Positions 40,448-41,990 of a stretch of 41,990 nucleotides of DNA are shown here, piece after piece. The position numbers were made by a program, and so were the translations under genes. Source of the stretch: a bacterium (GTDB lineage: Bacteria > Sysuimicrobiota > Sysuimicrobiia > Sysuimicrobiales > Humicultoraceae); assembly GCA_041486265.1 (NCBI GenBank), contig JBGPLF010000002.1:1-41990 (forward strand), in the 5' to 3' direction. Numbering within the stretch: position 1 is the stretch's first letter; every line of letters begins with the position of its first letter. The notes below the pieces were generated by a model. The model worked only from the letters and a program-made list of their open reading frames with translations, searched no databases and was not told the origin of the DNA.

Positions 40448-40508
40448 GGCGCATCACCTACTACTATGTATACCACACGGACGTACGGCCGTCAAGGGTA
40501 TAGTTCCC

Positions 40509-40516
40509 ACATAGTT
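40509..40516. repeat. Right copy of the 8-bp target-site duplication ACATAGTT
   Basis: Identical to 38379-38386. It lies 5 nt downstream of the arsR stop codon. Confidence 0.8.
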
Positions 40517-40520
40517 CGAT

Positions 40521-40895
40521 TTAGAGAAGCCCCACCAACTCTCGTGTGAGTCCCTTCAACGCGTCCCGCTTCAAGCCGTAGTACGCCCAGTGTCCCTTCC
40601 GGACCACGTCCACCAGGCCGGCCTCTCGCAACAGCTTGAGATGGTGAGAGACTGTCGGCTGCTCGACCGGGAACGCCTCGACAATGTCGCAGACACACAT
40701 TCTGTCATGCCTTGCCAGGAGTTCGACGATGCCCAGGCGGATGGGATCCCCGAGAGCCTCCAGTACGCCGCTCGTGGTCTTTACCGCTTCGTGGTCGAGC
40801 GCATCTGCGTGGGATGTGCATCCACACTGGGGGCAGCACTCGGTTCGATTGGGGGCCGTCGGGTTCGTCGCCACGAACTCAGGGTACTCTATCAA
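40521..40895 (-). CDS. arsR: ArsR/SmtB family metalloregulator (As(III)-responsive type, CVC site)
   Basis: LGDPIRLGIVELLARHDRMCVCDIVEAFPVEQPTVSHHLKLLREAGLV is a winged HTH with the ELCVCD-type site. Extra N-terminal Cys cluster ECCPQCGC. TTG start. Confidence 0.9.
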   Translation of the reverse strand: MIEYPEFVATNPTAPNRTECCPQCGCTSHADALDHEAVKTTSGVLEALGDPIRLGIVELLARHDRMCVCDIVEAFPVEQPTVSHHLKLLREAGLVDVVRKGHWAYYGLKRDALKGLTRELVGLL

Positions 40896-40911
40896 TCGAA
40901 GACTGTCAATA

Positions 40912-41364
40912 TTAGGAAGTAGGGCCGTCGAACTCCAGAACCATGATGGCAGTCGCGTCGCATTCCTCCCCCTGAAACTGGCCGGAGGCGAGGACCGTTG
41001 GATTGACCTCCTCCAGCGAGACTCGGCGGAAACCGAAGCGGGCGAAGTACGCTTCGGCCGTCTTCGTCCGCAGATAGACGGTTCGGTACCCGAGCGTGCG
41101 GGACCGCTCGATGAGCCTGTGCACCAGTGTCGTGGCCAATCCCCGGTTGCGCCACCCGGGATGGGAGGCGACCGAGCGAATCAGCCCGGCGGTTCTGTGG
41201 TTTTCAAGCCCGGCGACGGCGACGAAGCGGCCGTCTTCCCGCGCGATGAGGAAATTGACAATCTGCTCGGCGACGCCGTTCGCCGAGAGCCCCGCGGTCT
41301 GCAGCAGCGCCAGGACGTCATCAAGGTCGGCGGGTGTTCCCTGGGCGATCGTCAGCGCAGGCAT
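40912..41364 (-). CDS. arsN2: GNAT N-acetyltransferase, ArsN2-like (arsenic-resistance-associated)
   Basis: ORF trimmed to MPALTIAQGT (SD GAGGGAG). GNAT core VAVAGLE...GLIRSVASHPGWRNRGLATTLV and C-terminal QFQGEECDATAIMV resemble ArsN2. Context with arsR and arsM. Confidence 0.75.
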   Translation of the reverse strand: MPALTIAQGTPADLDDVLALLQTAGLSANGVAEQIVNFLIAREDGRFVAVAGLENHRTAGLIRSVASHPGWRNRGLATTLVHRLIERSRTLGYRTVYLRTKTAEAYFARFGFRRVSLEEVNPTVLASGQFQGEECDATAIMVLEFDGPTS

Positions 41365-41419
41365 GTTGTCTCCCTCACGACTCAACAGTCGCCGCTGCAC
41401 CAGTTGCTCCGGCTCCCGA

Positions 41420-41990
41420 TCAGATCTTACTCCTTCTCAGGGCCTCGAGGCTGAAGTGGAGCCGGTGGGCGACCTGCTCCAGGGCCGTCCGCACCTCATC
41501 TGAAGTCTCGGTCAGGAGGGGGGCGAGGCGGACCTGAAACAGATTCTGCGCCTGCCACTGATTGACGGTGATCCCAGTGTCACGCGCAAAGTCAAGCGCG
41601 CGCAGCACATCGGTGAGGTGCTCGATGACGAAGAGCCCCTCAGCGTCGCGCAGGCCGCGCTCGATGCGCGCGCGGAGGAGGACCTCCAGGTCCTGGGCCG
41701 GCAGGGTGATACCCCATGAGCGCGTCTCAGCGACGACATCCCAGGCCGTGGGGCTCAACGGTCCCGGCGCCGTCAGCAGGCGGCGCAGGTCGGTCGTCAG
41801 GATGAACTCCGCCGCCACGACGAACTCGCGCGGGACCGGCACGTCGGCGTCCTGCAGGATCGCCATGAGGCCGCGGCTCTCGTGGTACAGGCGGCGGTAC
41901 GACGACTCGAGGTGCGCCATCGTCTCCTCCGAGAGACGGGCCAGTACCTGCCGGCGTTCTTCGGTGAACAGGTCGCGCAGCGTGTAGAAC
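41420..41990 (-). CDS. 3' part of a DUF3536-type (GH57-associated) protein; gene continues beyond the window
   Basis: The frame stays open to nt 41990 (FYTLRDLFTEERRQVLARLSEETMAHLESSYRRLYHESRGLMAIL...AAEFILTTDLRRLL). The family assignment is from memory of DUF3536 C-terminal regions and needs an HMM check. Confidence 0.5.
   Translation of the reverse strand, partial: FYTLRDLFTEERRQVLARLSEETMAHLESSYRRLYHESRGLMAILQDADVPVPREFVVAAEFILTTDLRRLLTAPGPLSPTAWDVVAETRSWGITLPAQDLEVLLRARIERGLRDAEGLFVIEHLTDVLRALDFARDTGITVNQWQAQNLFQVRLAPLLTETSDEVRTALEQVAHRLHFSLEALRRSKI

Larger units (their letters stand above)
38387..40508 (-). mobile_element. Complete IS1595-family insertion sequence (2122 bp) carrying a passenger gene
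   Basis: IR-L at 38387-38416 is GGGAACTATCCCCTTGACGGACGTACGGCC. The reverse complement of 40479-40508 is GGGAACTATACCCTTGACGGCCGTACGTCC (27/30 identical). Flanking 8-bp direct repeats. Encodes an ISXO2-like DDE transposase. Confidence 0.85.

Noticed and set aside
1-41990. Search by eye for CRISPR arrays, rRNA or tRNA genes, riboswitch-like leaders and long interspersed repeats
   Set aside because: I found no regularly spaced direct repeats and no rRNA/tRNA-like sequence. The only repeats seen are the IS inverted repeats with target duplication and the 32-bp tandem duplication. A computational scan (tRNAscan, Infernal, repeat finders) is still advisable.

Overview
High-GC bacterial chromosomal segment. 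Hand counts of sample lines give about 70% GC in the backbone. All family calls come from motifs read in the translated ORFs; no database search was possible.

nt 1-22380 is ordinary, tightly packed metabolic DNA:
- a sugar ABC permease pair plus a cytoplasmic BNR/sialidase-like protein
- a long minus-strand peptide-uptake/peptidase operon (DmpA-like S58, TIM-barrel isomerase, family-5 SBP, DppB/C-like permeases, M20 peptidase, SDR)
- a mazEF module
- a comDE (sulfopyruvate decarboxylase-like), FAD-oxidase and YeiH-exporter operon
- divergent glcD-glcF-glcE
- a GH57 glucanotransferase-like gene

Right after the GH57 stop the character changes. There are decayed gene fragments (integrase C-terminus, ASCH C-terminus, later a RidA pseudogene), a pRiA4b-ORF3-like gene and vapBC. 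An 11-kb co-directional array of effector-type genes follows:
- a DUF4157 double zincin
- an S1 serine protease
- a C11 clostripain-like protease
- a 75-aa protein whose paralog is fused to a transglutaminase-fold Cys-His-Asp domain
- cupin, MsrB, and a low-GC kelch propeller with a Cys-rich/coiled-coil tail
- a dual-HKD PLD

None of these has a recognizable signal peptide. The right end carries slt and an arsN2-arsR-arsM operon. That operon is split by a complete IS1595-family element (27/30 inverted repeats, 8-bp target duplication) that carries an unknown passenger gene. A partial DUF3536/GH57-type gene runs off the window.

The most likely undescribed system is the multi-protease block with the duplicated small domain at 26680-30763. 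I saw no rRNA, tRNA or CRISPR array.
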